Source of the DNA: an uncultured Chlamydiae bacterium
GTDB lineage: Bacteria; Chlamydiota; Chlamydiia; Chlamydiales; Parachlamydiaceae
NCBI GenBank assembly: GCA_963830365.1
Contig: CAWHMU010000036.1
Coordinates: 1 to 64,000, forward strand
Reading direction: 5' to 3'
Length of the DNA stretch: 64,000 bases
Under the pieces are notes generated by a model that ran no database searches, had not been told where the DNA came from, and saw only the letters and a program-made list of their open reading frames with translations. The translations under genes and the position numbers were made by a program. Shown here piece after piece: positions 29,581 to 41,800 of this stretch (the first letter of the stretch is position 1; each line of letters starts with the position of its first letter).

Positions 29581-30216
29581 TCAGTTGCCGAAGAGCTCTT
29601 CGGCGCGCGGCAGCCACCCTTCGGCGCCGATGGTGGTGGCGGGGCCGTGTCCGGGGAAGACGCGCGTGGCCGGCGGTAGTTTGGCCAGTTTTTGCAGCGC
29701 GGGCCACATCAGCTTAGGCCGGGCCGTCGGAAAAGAGAGGTTGCCGATGGTGCCCTTAAACAGGGTGTCGCCGGAAAGCAGCAGCTGCGACTCGGGGGAA
29801 TAGAAGCATACGCCGCCGGGGGTATGGCCGGGGGTGTGGATGACAGTGAATGTTATCTCGCCCACGGTGAGGCTGTCGCCATCATCGATCAAGTGATCAG
29901 GGGTGACACCGGTGATCTGGATCCAGCACGGCAGCTGGTCGGCGCCGGGAGTTTGCAGGTTGGGCGCATCGAGGGCATGGATATAGACCGGGAGATGGTA
30001 TTTGGCTTTTAGAGGGGCAACATCGGCGATATGGTCCCAATGGGAGTGGGTCAGCCAGATGGCGACCGGCTGCAGTTGCTGTGCGTCGAGATAGGCGATG
30101 ATGGCGGTGGCGCTATCAGGGGCAGGATCGATGATGCAGGCTTGCCGTGTGTGTGGACAAGCCACGACATAGGCATTAGTTTCAAAAGGTCCTGATGGGA
30201 AAGCTTGGATAAACAT
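29581..30216 (-). CDS. MBL-fold metallo-hydrolase (glyoxalase II/YcbL-like)
   Basis: THSHWDH, HTPGHTPG, SGDTLF, PGHG. Confidence 0.93.
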   Translation of the reverse strand: MFIQAFPSGPFETNAYVVACPHTRQACIIDPAPDSATAIIAYLDAQQLQPVAIWLTHSHWDHIADVAPLKAKYHLPVYIHALDAPNLQTPGADQLPCWIQITGVTPDHLIDDGDSLTVGEITFTVIHTPGHTPGGVCFYSPESQLLLSGDTLFKGTIGNLSFPTARPKLMWPALQKLAKLPPATRVFPGHGPATTIGAEGWLPRAEELFGN

Positions 30217-30290
30217 TGCACTGGAGAGGAATTGAACCTCTAACCGCCCGGTTCGTAGCCGGGTACTCTATCCAATTGAGCTACCAGTGC
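30217..30290 (-). tRNA. tRNA-Arg (ACG), CCA not encoded
   Basis: GCACTGG/CCAGTGC acceptor stem, AGCTCAATTGGATAGAGT D-arm, CCCGG-CTACGAA-CCGGG anticodon arm, GGTTCAATTCC T-arm. Confidence 0.97.
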
Positions 30291-30362
30291 ATAAGAATTG
30301 ACTATATTGCCAAGCCTGCATATTTATAGCAAGCACTAATTGTAGAATTTTTGGAGGGGCGG

Positions 30363-31502
30363 TTAATTCTTCCAATATGATGGGATCGTCATCACGGCGT
30401 CGGCGTTATTGACATTTAAAAGCGTGACTTCTTCAATTTTCAGTGCCTGCATGTAGCCTTGGATAAGCAGCAGATTGGAGACATAGCTTTCAGCATTTGA
30501 GACAGACAAATTAAATTCCTTTTCGATAACGGCATCATCTTTGCCAATAAACGAGGCGATCATGCGCGCCAATTCATTTTTGGTCAGGATCTGGTCGTTA
30601 TTTTCCGTTTCTTTCTCTAGTGAGCCGATTTCCTTATACAGAATCCCCCCTACGCCTAATACGACGGTGTCTTTGGCTGTGATTTTTTGTTTGATGTAAG
30701 GATCTGTTTGCAAGGCGATGACAGCGGCATAATCCACGGCTTTTTGAATGTCGGCCGCCGTCATGGGATTTGGGGTGTTTGTCTCTGAGAGCTTCTTGCC
30801 TTGGATCTTTTCGATGATATAATTCTTGAATGGCACGGAAGCAAAGAGGCTTTTGTAAATGACCAGCTGGTTATTTTCATCCATGGTGGTAAGCTGGGCG
30901 CTGCCCCCGCCGACATCCCACACCACGGCATGTTCAGCCATTGCCGGACAGTTGGCTACGGCGCCGAGGAAGTCATATTCTGCTTCTTGCTGCTGTGAGA
31001 TGATATTCACCTCGATGCCGGTCTTCGCTTTGATTTCTTTAGCTACGGTTTGGGCATTTTTGGCCCGGCGGAAAGCGGCCGTGGCTACGGCGGCGACTTT
31101 TTTGGCGCCATATTTTGCGGCCAAGGCTTTAAGGGTATTGATGGTTTGGATGCCTTGTTCGATGGTGGCGCGGTCGAATTCATCGTTGGATGAATTTGCC
31201 AGGGCTTTTTCGTAAGGCATGGAGATTACTTGCTCGAAGAGGCGTTTGGCAATCTTATTGGTCTTGGCATCGACAAGGGCGATTTTCATTTTAGTAGCAC
31301 CGGAACCGATGTCGAGGGCGGCGCGGGTTTCCAATGTTGGTGGTGGAGGCGCGGTTGGCTGAGCGGGGGCTGGCGATGCATGGGTTTCAGGCAGTAGCTG
31401 GCAGGAGGTCGGTTGGCAAGTGGGTAGTGCCTGAATTTCGGCGTTGCCGGCGGCTGCGAGGATCATTCCGCAAAGTAGCCACAGCCATCTTTTTGGATTC
31501 AT
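30363..31502 (-). CDS. Ppx/GppA-family (ASKHA) phosphatase with signal peptide
   Basis: DIGSGATK, ATAAFRRAKN, ISQQQEA, DVGGGSAQ; hydrophobic N-terminus with AxA site. Confidence 0.85.
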   Translation of the reverse strand: MNPKRWLWLLCGMILAAAGNAEIQALPTCQPTSCQLLPETHASPAPAQPTAPPPPTLETRAALDIGSGATKMKIALVDAKTNKIAKRLFEQVISMPYEKALANSSNDEFDRATIEQGIQTINTLKALAAKYGAKKVAAVATAAFRRAKNAQTVAKEIKAKTGIEVNIISQQQEAEYDFLGAVANCPAMAEHAVVWDVGGGSAQLTTMDENNQLVIYKSLFASVPFKNYIIEKIQGKKLSETNTPNPMTAADIQKAVDYAAVIALQTDPYIKQKITAKDTVVLGVGGILYKEIGSLEKETENNDQILTKNELARMIASFIGKDDAVIEKEFNLSVSNAESYVSNLLLIQGYMQALKIEEVTLLNVNNADAVMTIPSYWKN

Positions 31503-31701
31503 CTGTATGTCCTCGGTTAGGTTGAAATTAAATGGCGTCTTTAGTTTGTTTTAGCAAATCGCTGATTATATCAAAAGATTTATATGGCATATGGTTACTG
31601 GTGGTAGTCACTTAAGATTCGGTAGTGCTCACCCTTTCGGTCGCGTTTTGTGGGAATTATGGCGTTCTTATGTATCCGTTAATGGGGTCGGAAACCATAC
31701 A

Positions 31702-31781
31702 TCAGGCCTTCAGCCTGAGTTTTTTATATATTCCACCTAGGGCGTTGCCCTAGGCTTTTATAAATTAGGCTTTCAGCCTGA
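31702..31781. repeat. REP-like palindromic unit
   Basis: tcaggccttcagcctga ... cctagggcgttgccctagg ... aggctttcagcct. Confidence 0.65.
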
Positions 31782-31924
31782 ACACAGTTCTCAGGGCAAT
31801 CCTTACAGAACTCTGCATTGAAATTTGATTTTTCCAGGTCGGAGAGAAGCGCAGTTTTGGGTGGGACAAGCCAGACCTCACTCTTCAAAATCTATCTGTG
31901 GCCACCAACTTAAGTGATGAACTT

Positions 31925-33223
31925 TTAGCAGTTATTGGCGGTGGTTGGCGACGAGCGTTCGCCGAGTTGTTCGATGACCTGGCAGTAGGTGTCGGCATAG
32001 ACGGAGTGTTCCGGCATGCCAACCAGCGAGCCGCAAAAGTAGACGTTGCTATCGCTGTCGGTGAAGGCTCTGTGATAGCCTACCGGATCGAACAGGCAGA
32101 CGCCATCGCGCCGGCTGGCGTAGTTGGCCACGCTGCCAAAGCCGGCGTTGTTGGGAATCAGGCTGGGAGATCCCAATGTGACGATATGGATCATGCGCTG
32201 CTCTGCCGGCGACAGCAGGTCTTTGGCGGCATAGGTATCGGTGGCGCCGATGCTATGGGCATAATGTACGATGCTGCCGCCGCCGTCTGTGCCTCCCATC
32301 TCGTGGATGAGCGCTTTCCATTTTTCGGCCATCAGGCGCGCCGGTTCCGAGATGTAGCCGAATTTGACAAAGGTGCAATTCCACAAGTCATTGGTCCATC
32401 CTTCGGTCGGACGGAAGACGTAATGCACGGAGATGTCGCCATGCGTTTTTGAGATTTTAGTGAGGATGGTTTCCATATCGGCACTGACATTCAAAATACC
32501 ATTGATCAGGCTGACACGGACTTTATCATGCATCTCCTGATCGGCATGGAAGGTGCCGGTACTGGTTTTTCCCTGGTAGTAGCCGGCGAACTGCAAAAAA
32601 TCTTTGCCGAATAGGCCGTGCATGAAGTTGTTCCACTTATCGTGTAGGTAGTCGCCGATGAAGGATTTCTTGCTGAAGGCGGGGTGATTTCCTGATGGGT
32701 TTTTCCGGCCGCTTGAGATTTCCTGCTGTTGCAGGTTGCCGTCGAGGTCGTAGCTGTTGGTGATGCGGTTGAGGCAATAGGAGGTGCCGGTAGCTATGGA
32801 GAGGCGGTTTTCCTCGATCTCTGCCAGCAGGCCATAGGCAGCCCCCTCCTGGCAGTAGCTGAAAGTCGTCTCGTAGCGCGTCTTTAGTCCGGCAAGTTCG
32901 TCGGCATAGGGACTGTTGACGTCGTCGACAACGATAGAGGTTAGCCTGTCTTCGTTGTCATAGGTGAAGAAGCGGCGCTTGCAGATCGTGCTGCCATCGC
33001 CGGTGAATTCGGCTGCCACCTGCTTGGTGACGGGGTCGTATTGAAAGTAGGTGGTGGTGCCATTTTCGGTGGTGATGGCGGCCGGCAAGGCAGGGTTTGT
33101 TTCGTCGGCCAGCCAGTATAAGGGTGGGGATTCGTGGTCAGGTGGTGTTTGGCTGGCGGCCGCGTTAGCGCTAAGCTGTGCCGATAAGAGTAGACTGCTA
33201 TATAAAATTATTATGTTTTTCAT
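31925..33223 (-). CDS. Exported protein with YD/RHS-like repeats and C-terminal alpha/beta-hydrolase-like (DUF687-like) domain
   Basis: Signal peptide; FQYDP, FTYDNEDRL, SYDLDGN; INGILN and AHSIG motifs. Confidence 0.7.
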   Translation of the reverse strand: MKNIIILYSSLLLSAQLSANAAASQTPPDHESPPLYWLADETNPALPAAITTENGTTTYFQYDPVTKQVAAEFTGDGSTICKRRFFTYDNEDRLTSIVVDDVNSPYADELAGLKTRYETTFSYCQEGAAYGLLAEIEENRLSIATGTSYCLNRITNSYDLDGNLQQQEISSGRKNPSGNHPAFSKKSFIGDYLHDKWNNFMHGLFGKDFLQFAGYYQGKTSTGTFHADQEMHDKVRVSLINGILNVSADMETILTKISKTHGDISVHYVFRPTEGWTNDLWNCTFVKFGYISEPARLMAEKWKALIHEMGGTDGGGSIVHYAHSIGATDTYAAKDLLSPAEQRMIHIVTLGSPSLIPNNAGFGSVANYASRRDGVCLFDPVGYHRAFTDSDSNVYFCGSLVGMPEHSVYADTYCQVIEQLGERSSPTTANNC

Positions 33224-33326
33224 TATGCTGTTGTTTGGTTTTATTTTTGCGGTATGTTAGATTATAAGATCGGTCTATTATAGCGCAATAGTAGCGAAAT
33301 TTTGATTTTTTGGAAATGGAAATACA

Positions 33327-34178
33327 ATGCTTGAAGTTATTTATCATATCGCCCCGGCAGCAGATCTTGACGAGGCTTGGCAGGCTCTGGAAGACAGCGG
33401 CTGCCGGCTGCTCTATAGCGAGCAAGACGATGCCGCACAGCAAATCATCGGCTACCTCCCGCCGGCTAGCGGCACAGCGCAGCTGCTGGCCAAACACAGC
33501 TTTATCCAAAGCATCGTCAACGCCCCCTTGCCATCCATCGATTGGGATGCCCAATGGGCGGCGCACGGCTTGAACTACCGCGATGGCATGCTGCATATCG
33601 ATATGCAAGATTTTGCGCCAGGCTGTCTGCTAACCCACATGCCATCAGGCCAATGGCCGAGCGTGCTAAAGCTAAAGCCGGGACCTGGCTTTGGCGACCT
33701 GTCGCATGCGACCACGCGCCTTGTGCTAAAGCTGATGCACGGCCGCATGGCGGGACAAGCCGTGATTGATGTTGGCTGCGGCAGCGGCATCTTGGCGCTG
33801 GCGGCGCTTTCGCTGGGGGCGGCTAGCGTCTGCGGCATCGATATCGAGGCAGCGGCGCTGGTGCATGCCGAGGCCAACTGCCGGTTGAATGGCATGCAAG
33901 GGCATATTTCCTTTGGCCAGCCGGCAGACTGCCGGGCGCTGGTGCCGACAACAAAGCCATTAGTGATCCTGATGAATATGATCCATAGCGAGCAAAGGCA
34001 AGCCTGGCAGAGCTTAGCGGCGATGCATGGCCAAGTGGGCTTGGCCATCACTTCCGGCATCCTGCGTGAACAAGAGGCAGAATACCTCAAAGGCTGCGCT
34101 ACATGGGGCTGGCGGCTGCTAGCGAAGATGGAGGAGGAGGGGTGGCTGGGTTTTGTGTTTGGCTGCTCGGCCCTTTAA
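33327..34178 (+). CDS. prmA: Ribosomal protein L11 methyltransferase-like
   Basis: PGPGFGDLSHATT, DVGCGSGIL, SGIL. Confidence 0.88.
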   Translation: MLEVIYHIAPAADLDEAWQALEDSGCRLLYSEQDDAAQQIIGYLPPASGTAQLLAKHSFIQSIVNAPLPSIDWDAQWAAHGLNYRDGMLHIDMQDFAPGCLLTHMPSGQWPSVLKLKPGPGFGDLSHATTRLVLKLMHGRMAGQAVIDVGCGSGILALAALSLGAASVCGIDIEAAALVHAEANCRLNGMQGHISFGQPADCRALVPTTKPLVILMNMIHSEQRQAWQSLAAMHGQVGLAITSGILREQEAEYLKGCATWGWRLLAKMEEEGWLGFVFGCSAL

Positions 34179-34253
34179 AAGGGACCTAAAGAACATAGGG
34201 GACGACATCAAAGATTTGTGTCCTTTATGTCCCTTAGGTCATTTAGGTCCTTT
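34178..34253. repeat. Palindromic 9-mer array (AGGGACMTA-type) between convergent genes
   Basis: aaagggacctaaagaacataggggac ... gtcctttatgtcccttaggtcatttaggtccttt. Confidence 0.65.
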
Positions 34254-34257
34254 AGCG

Positions 34258-34527
34258 CTATTTAGCGTCGCAGGCGCCTTTGTTTTTGCCGCAGGGGCAG
34301 CCGCCGCCTTCGGCTTTTGGAGCAGGCTCGCTGCCGGGTTTGTTCTTGCCATACATGGTGGCATAGAAGCCGTCGCCGGAGAAGGCGAGGCCGATGCCGC
34401 CGCCGGGACGGCGCACGAGCGTTTCGGCATGGCAGACCGGACATGTCAGCAAGGGAGCTTCAGTAATTTTTTGCATCGTTTCCAGTTCATGTTTGCAGGC
34501 CGAACAGAAATAGTCGTAAGTAGGCAT
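34258..34527 (-). CDS. FmdB-family zinc-ribbon protein
   Basis: MPTYDYFCSAC...CPVC...FSGDGFY. Confidence 0.9.
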   Translation of the reverse strand: MPTYDYFCSACKHELETMQKITEAPLLTCPVCHAETLVRRPGGGIGLAFSGDGFYATMYGKNKPGSEPAPKAEGGGCPCGKNKGACDAK

Positions 34528-34605
34528 CTTTAATTCCTTATATAAAAAAGAGAGTGCATCTGCATCGAATGCATTTTAGAAACACTGTTGGGGATTTCTA
34601 AGATT

Positions 34606-34905
34606 TCAATCTATTAAAACTCTAAAGTGTAACACACCAAGTGCCAGGCCGGCGACAGCGCTGACAAGCGTGGCTACGCAGGCTATGTCATTATCAGGGT
34701 TATTGATGATGGACTGCTCGATTGATGTGACGATCGCGATGACGCCACTGGCAATGCTTAGGCTGCCAACTATCAAGCCTTTGGATTGGCCGGCAATGAT
34801 AGAAACCACGCCGTGCGTTAGCAGAGTTCCGCCAGCCAGGGCGCAAGACGGACTAGACAAAAAATTATTGGGCACAGTCGCGTGAAAGCTAACAGACATC
34901 GACAT
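34606..34905 (-). CDS. Small hydrophobic membrane protein
   Basis: 99 aa, three hydrophobic stretches, AAGGA upstream. Confidence 0.5.
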   Translation of the reverse strand: MSMSVSFHATVPNNFLSSPSCALAGGTLLTHGVVSIIAGQSKGLIVGSLSIASGVIAIVTSIEQSIINNPDNDIACVATLVSAVAGLALGVLHFRVLID

Positions 34906-34930
34906 CCTTATGGTTTATTTGGCAATCATT

Positions 34931-35005
34931 CTATACCACGCGCGGTTAGGTTGTTTACATTTTGGCGCAGCCAAAATATGAACAACCTAACCGCGCGTGG
35001 TATAG
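34931..35005. repeat. TATAC-ended palindromic element (short member)
   Basis: ctataccacgcgcggttaggttgtt / aacaacctaaccgcgcgtggtatag; half copy near 38560-38600. Confidence 0.85.
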
Positions 35006-35013
35006 CTATATAC

Positions 35014-35054
35014 AAAAAGGAGCGCATTCACCCTTTCTGGTCGAATGCGCTCCT
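35014..35054 (-). terminator. Rho-independent terminator of groESL
   Basis: aggagcgcattc / gaatgcgctcct stem followed by T-run on minus strand. Confidence 0.8.
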
Positions 35055-35090
35055 GTATGCTGCATGGGGCAATTGGCCGGACAGGCTGGG

Positions 35091-36794
<1,704 letters not shown>

Positions 36795-36834
36795 TCATTA
36801 GATAAGCGTTGTCGGTTAATTGGGAGGTAACTAT

Positions 36835-37122
36835 TTAAGCTAATACGCCCAAGACATCATCTTCAGCCAGGATCAGCATTTCATCGCCATCGCCTTTGAC
36901 TTCGGTACCGGCATAGGAGCTGAACAGGACGCGGTCGCCGACTTTAAGCTGCATGGCTTCTTGGTTGCCGTGTTCGTCGATTTTACCGGGGCCGACGGCG
37001 ATGACGGTGCCTTCTTTGGGCTTTTCTTGGGCGGAATCAGGCAGCAGGATGCCGCCTTTGGTGGTAGGCGCTTTGGAGCGCTGGATCAGGACGCGATTGC
37101 CAAGAGGTTTTATTTTCTGCAT
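36835..37122 (-). CDS. groES: Co-chaperonin GroES
   Basis: KPLGNRVL, TKGGILLPD, VGPG. Confidence 0.98.
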   Translation of the reverse strand: MQKIKPLGNRVLIQRSKAPTTKGGILLPDSAQEKPKEGTVIAVGPGKIDEHGNQEAMQLKVGDRVLFSSYAGTEVKGDGDEMLILAEDDVLGVLA

Positions 37123-37170
37123 GATGGGAACTCCTGTGTTAATTCCGTATGTTAGTAAATAGATAATGAA

Positions 37171-37200
37171 ATTGTAGAGATAGAGAGAAATTTAAGTCAA
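37171..37200 (-). promoter_or_regulatory. Sigma70/66-type promoter for groESL
   Basis: TTGACT-N18-TACAAT on minus strand. Confidence 0.65.
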
Positions 37201-37217
37201 GGGGTGGTTTGATGTTC

Positions 37218-37244
37218 TTAGCACATTCGCGTTTTGAGTGCTAA
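37218..37244. promoter_or_regulatory. CIRCE operator (HrcA site)
   Basis: TTAGCACat-N9-GAGTGCTAA vs consensus TTAGCACTC-N9-GAGTGCTAA, upstream of groES. Confidence 0.9.
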
Positions 37245-37248
37245 AATC

Positions 37249-38508
37249 TCAATCGCCATATTCTGTCATCAAATATTTCTTGCGCTTACCAAGAAAGGCT
37301 GTGCGTTCGGGCTTGCACAAGTCGCATAGCTTCCAGGTAATATATTTCTCTTCGGTCAGCAAACGGTAAGCTTCCTCCGTGCCGTTGAGTTTGCAGATGG
37401 TAGCTTTGTGCTGTTTCATCGTTTCCACCGCTACTTGAAATTCGGTGGGGTACATCGTTTTAAGCACGCCCAATATTAAATACTGGGTCGACATCGGCTT
37501 AAACTGCTTGGCATCGGTGATGATGATCAAGACGCCCTGGCAGTCCTCTTTGGCAAAGCGTCCATACATCGGACGATAATAAAAGGGTTTGAATGAAACC
37601 CCCGGGAATTTTTGGGCGTTGAGCTGGGCGCTGAATTGTTTGGCGTTGATCCAGGGGGCGCCGATGACTTTGAAGGGCAGTGTGTAGCCGATGCCGATAT
37701 TGACCAACTTCAATTCCCCGATGATGCCAGTCGTCGAATAAAAAAATGGCGTCGATGGCTCGGGCACATACGGGCTGGTCGGAATCCATGGCAGGCCGGT
37801 GTCCTGGAAGCTCATACTGCGTTTCCATCCCTGCATGGGGATGACTTCCAATTTGCAGCCGATCTTATATTCGGTATTGAAATAGCGCGCCAGTTCCCCC
37901 ACCGTCATGCCATGGCAATAGGGCACATTAATATAGCCTATGGCCGAGCGCCACTTCTCTTCCAGCATCGGCCCATCGACCGTCGTGCCGTTGATGGGAT
38001 TTGGTCGGTCCAGCACCACAAAAGTGATGCCATGTTTGGCGGCTTCTTCCATGGCGTAAAACATGGTAGAGACATAGGTGTAGGAGCGGGCACCGATATC
38101 CTGGATGTCGTAAAGCAGCAGGTTTATGCCTTTCAGCATCTCGGGCGTGGGGCGGCGCGTTTTTCCATATAGGCTGTAAATGGGGATATTATCGTGGTCT
38201 TTCTCTTCCGCGACATGCTGGTTGGCATATGCGGCCCCGGTGATGCCATGCTCTGGGGCAAAAAGTGCGGCAAGCTTATACCCCTTGGCGCTGGCATTGG
38301 CTTTAAGTACATCGACGGTGGCCTGCAGCTGATGGTTGACGGCCGTGTGGTTAGTGATCAGGCCGATGCGCTTGCCTTTAAGCAGGGCGGTGTTGTCGTC
38401 CAGCATCAGCCGTTCGATCCCCACTCTGACTTTGGGAGAAGCTTCGGCCGAAAGCCAGCCTGGCAAAAACATGCTGAGAATGATGAGGGTGAGGGTATAG
38501 TTGAACAT
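37249..38508 (-). CDS. DUF1343 / NamZ-like exo-beta-N-acetylmuramidase
   Basis: GLITNHT, FAPEHG, YSLYG, DIQDIGARSYTY, LDRPNP, HGMTVGE, WIPTSP. Confidence 0.92.
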   Translation of the reverse strand: MFNYTLTLIILSMFLPGWLSAEASPKVRVGIERLMLDDNTALLKGKRIGLITNHTAVNHQLQATVDVLKANASAKGYKLAALFAPEHGITGAAYANQHVAEEKDHDNIPIYSLYGKTRRPTPEMLKGINLLLYDIQDIGARSYTYVSTMFYAMEEAAKHGITFVVLDRPNPINGTTVDGPMLEEKWRSAIGYINVPYCHGMTVGELARYFNTEYKIGCKLEVIPMQGWKRSMSFQDTGLPWIPTSPYVPEPSTPFFYSTTGIIGELKLVNIGIGYTLPFKVIGAPWINAKQFSAQLNAQKFPGVSFKPFYYRPMYGRFAKEDCQGVLIIITDAKQFKPMSTQYLILGVLKTMYPTEFQVAVETMKQHKATICKLNGTEEAYRLLTEEKYITWKLCDLCKPERTAFLGKRKKYLMTEYGD

Positions 38509-38790
38509 AAGTGTTAGATGATTCCTTGCTTGGTGCCTGCGCCGGCATCCTAAATACCGCGCGCAGCCGAAATGTAAACAACCTGGCCGCGCGTGGCATA
38601 ACTCTTTTACAAATTGTGATGGTTTTGTTGAGCTCTTTGGGAGCTCGGCCGCCACCATCACGCTTTGAGTTAATTAATGTGCCAATGGGCGATTCGCTTT
38701 TTCCGAGATGTTAAGGAATATGACATATTCAGAAATATGGGATACATAGAAATTATGAAAAGGTTAATATCGGATTTTTAAATATTTTTT

Positions 38791-38850
38791 TAGGACGCGG
38801 GCACGAAGATTAGGACGCGGGCACCGGCACGCACTCGGGCACGGGCACGA
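38791..38850. repeat. GGGCAC-type short repeat cluster upstream of putA
   Basis: taggacgcgggcac x2 followed by ggcac/gggcac units. Confidence 0.6.
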
Positions 38851-38888
38851 AATTTAAAGATAATCGGGCAGGGAAAAAGGATTTAAGT

Positions 38889-41800
38889 ATGGAAATGTCA
38901 AAATTTATGGCGGCGCTGTTGAACGGTTTAAAGGATGCCGGCAGGCATGCGCTGACACCTGAAGAGCGCAAGGATAAAGCAATCGACTTTGCCGCCGATA
39001 TGCTTAATGAGGCCAGGCGCTTGCGCACGCAGCATGAAAAATCCATTCAGGAACAGCTGGCCAGGATGATGAACGACCCTATCGGCAAAGCTTTTGTCAC
39101 CAGCATGACGGATCAATGTTTCCGCAGCCAGGACAGCCGGCGCGTCGCCGACCAGCTGGTTTATCTCATCCACAAAATCGGCATCCCCAACTTTCTTTCT
39201 TCCTTCAAAAGGCTGCAGTTGGCCGCGTTTCGCGCGCTTGGGCGTCCGCTGGCAGACCTGCTTGTGCCCCTAACCAAGCACATGCTGAGGCAAGAAACCT
39301 CGAATGTGATTCTGCCCGGCGAGTCAACAGCGCTATCCAAGCATATGGCTTTGCGTAGAGTTGAGGGGGTGCATATTAATCTGAACAGGCTGGGAGAGGC
39401 TATTTTAGGCGAAGAAGAGGCCGCTAGGCGTCTTGATAAGTATCTAAAAGATCTGGCAAATCCCGAGATCGAATGCATCTCGGTGAAGATATCGACCATT
39501 TTCAGTCAGATCAACCTGCTCGGCTGGGAAGAGACACTGGTCGAACTGAGCCGCCGCCTAAAGCTTTTATATCGCGCCGCCAAACAAAATCTCTTTATCA
39601 GTGCGGATGGCCAAAAAATGCCAAAATTCGTCAACCTCGATATGGAGGAGTACCGCGATCTGCATCTCACCGTAGAGCTGTTTAAAAAGGTGCTTGACGA
39701 GGCTGAATTCAAGGATTTCTCCGCCGGCATTGTCTTGCAGAGCTACTTGCCGGATGCTTTTTGCATCCAGCAAGGCCTGACAGCATGGGCTCAAAAGCGC
39801 GTGGCCGAGGGCGGCGCCCCCATCAAGATCCGCATCGTCAAAGGCGCCAATTTAGCCATGGAACAGGTCGAAGCCTCGCTTAAGAACTGGCCGCAGGCTC
39901 CCTATGCCACTAAAGGAGAAGTCGATGCCAACTACAAGCGCATGCTGGTGTATGGCTGCCAATTGCCGCACGCCAAAGCCGTACACCTGGGCATCGCCAG
40001 CCACAACCTGTTCGATATCGCCTATGCCCTGCTCTTGCGCGCCGAAAATCATGTCGAAGAGTATGTCTGCTTCGAAATGCTTGAAGGTATGGCCGACCAC
40101 CAGCGGCGCCTGGTGCAGCAGCTCTCCGGCAATATGCTGCTGTATTGTCCGGCCGCGACGCGTGAGGAATTCCAGAATGCCGTGGCCTACCTGGTACGGC
40201 GCCTGGATGAAAATACGGCGCCCGAAAACTTTTTGCGGCATGCCTTTGAGATGTTGCCGGGCAGCGACGCCTGGCAGGCGCAAGCTGAACTTTTTGCCAA
40301 GGCCTGCCATGCTATCGATACGGTGCAAACCACCCCTTCACGCCTTCAAAACCGCTTGCAGAATATGCCTCCGCCAGCTTTTGATGCATCCTTTGCCAAT
40401 GAGGCCGATACCGATTGGACGCTGCCACAAAATCGCCTTTGGGCAGAAGGGATCTTACGCGAGTGGTCTCACAAGCACTTTGAAGTGCTGCCTTTAGTGT
40501 TGGGTGAGCAGACTATCTCAACGGGGGTAGCCTTAGCAGCCGGACAAGACCCCTCATTTCCGGATAAAACCCTTTATCAATATGCCTTGGCTGGCGAAAA
40601 AGAATTGGAACTTGCCCTGCAGACGGCAGAACGGGGTTATAGCAGCTGGTCGGGCCGCCCTTTAAGCCAGCGCCTGCTGCTGCTGGCAGAAGTCGCCCAA
40701 AAGCTGCGCCAAAGGCGCGGCGATCTTATCGGCGCCATGGTCGCCGATACCGGCAAGACGGTGGCCGAAGCCGATGTCGAAGTCTCTGAAGCCATCGATT
40801 TTGCCGAATATTACCGCCGCAATGCGCTGGAGCTGCACTCCTTGGTGGATATCGCCTGGCAGTCTAAGGGGCCGGTGCTGGTGGCGCCGCCATGGAATTT
40901 CCCCTGCTCCATCCCTGCCGGCGGCATCTTGGCGGCTCTTGCGGCCGGCAATGCCGTCATCTTCAAGCCGGCGCCTGAAGCCGTGCTGGCCGGCTGGCAG
41001 CTGGCCAATACCTTTTGGGAAGCCGGCATCGATAAAGAGGCACTGCAGTTCTTCTGCTGTGCCGACGACCCTATCGGCAGCCGCCTGATCCAGGATGTGC
41101 GCGTCAAAGCCGTCATCCTGACCGGCGCCACCAGCACCGCCAAGCTGTTCTTCAAATTGCGTCCCGGCCTCGATCTTTTGGCTGAGACCGGCGGCAAGAA
41201 CAGCTTGGTCATTTCGCGTATGTCCGACCGCGATCTGGCTATCAAAGACCTTATCCATTCGGCTTTTGGCCATGCCGGCCAGAAATGCAGCGCCTGCAGC
41301 CTGGCGATATTGGAAAAGGAAGTCTATGACGACCCCCATTTCAGGCAGCAGCTGCACGATGCCGCGGCCAGCCTGAAAGTGGGCTCGCCTTGGCATCTGT
41401 CCACGCGCATAAACCCGCTCATCCGGACGCCTAATCCCGAACTCATGCGGGGTTTGACGACCCTGGAACCCGGTGAAGAGTGGCTATTGCAACCCAAACA
41501 GGATGCTAAGAATCCCAATTTGTGGTCGCCGGGCATCAAATTCGGCGTTAAGCCCGGCAGCTTCATGCATCGGACAGAGCTGTTTGGCCCGGTCCTTGGA
41601 GTGATGTGCGCCAAAGATATGGCTGAAGGCGTGGCTTTGGCCAATGCCACCCCCTACGGCCTGACCGCCGGCATCCATACGCTTGATGAGCGCGAGCAGA
41701 AAACATGGCTAAAGGAAATCGTAGCGGGCAACTGCTATATTAACCGCGGCATCACCGGCGCCATCGTGCAGCGCCAGCCTTTTGGCGGCTGCAAGGAAAG

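Noticed and set aside
30217..33300. tRNA-anchored genomic island
   Set aside because: No integrase and no duplicated tRNA 3' end seen
38716..38730. Palindrome gaatatgacatattc as a putA operator
   Set aside because: Single AT-rich instance with no recognisable regulator; cannot be supported
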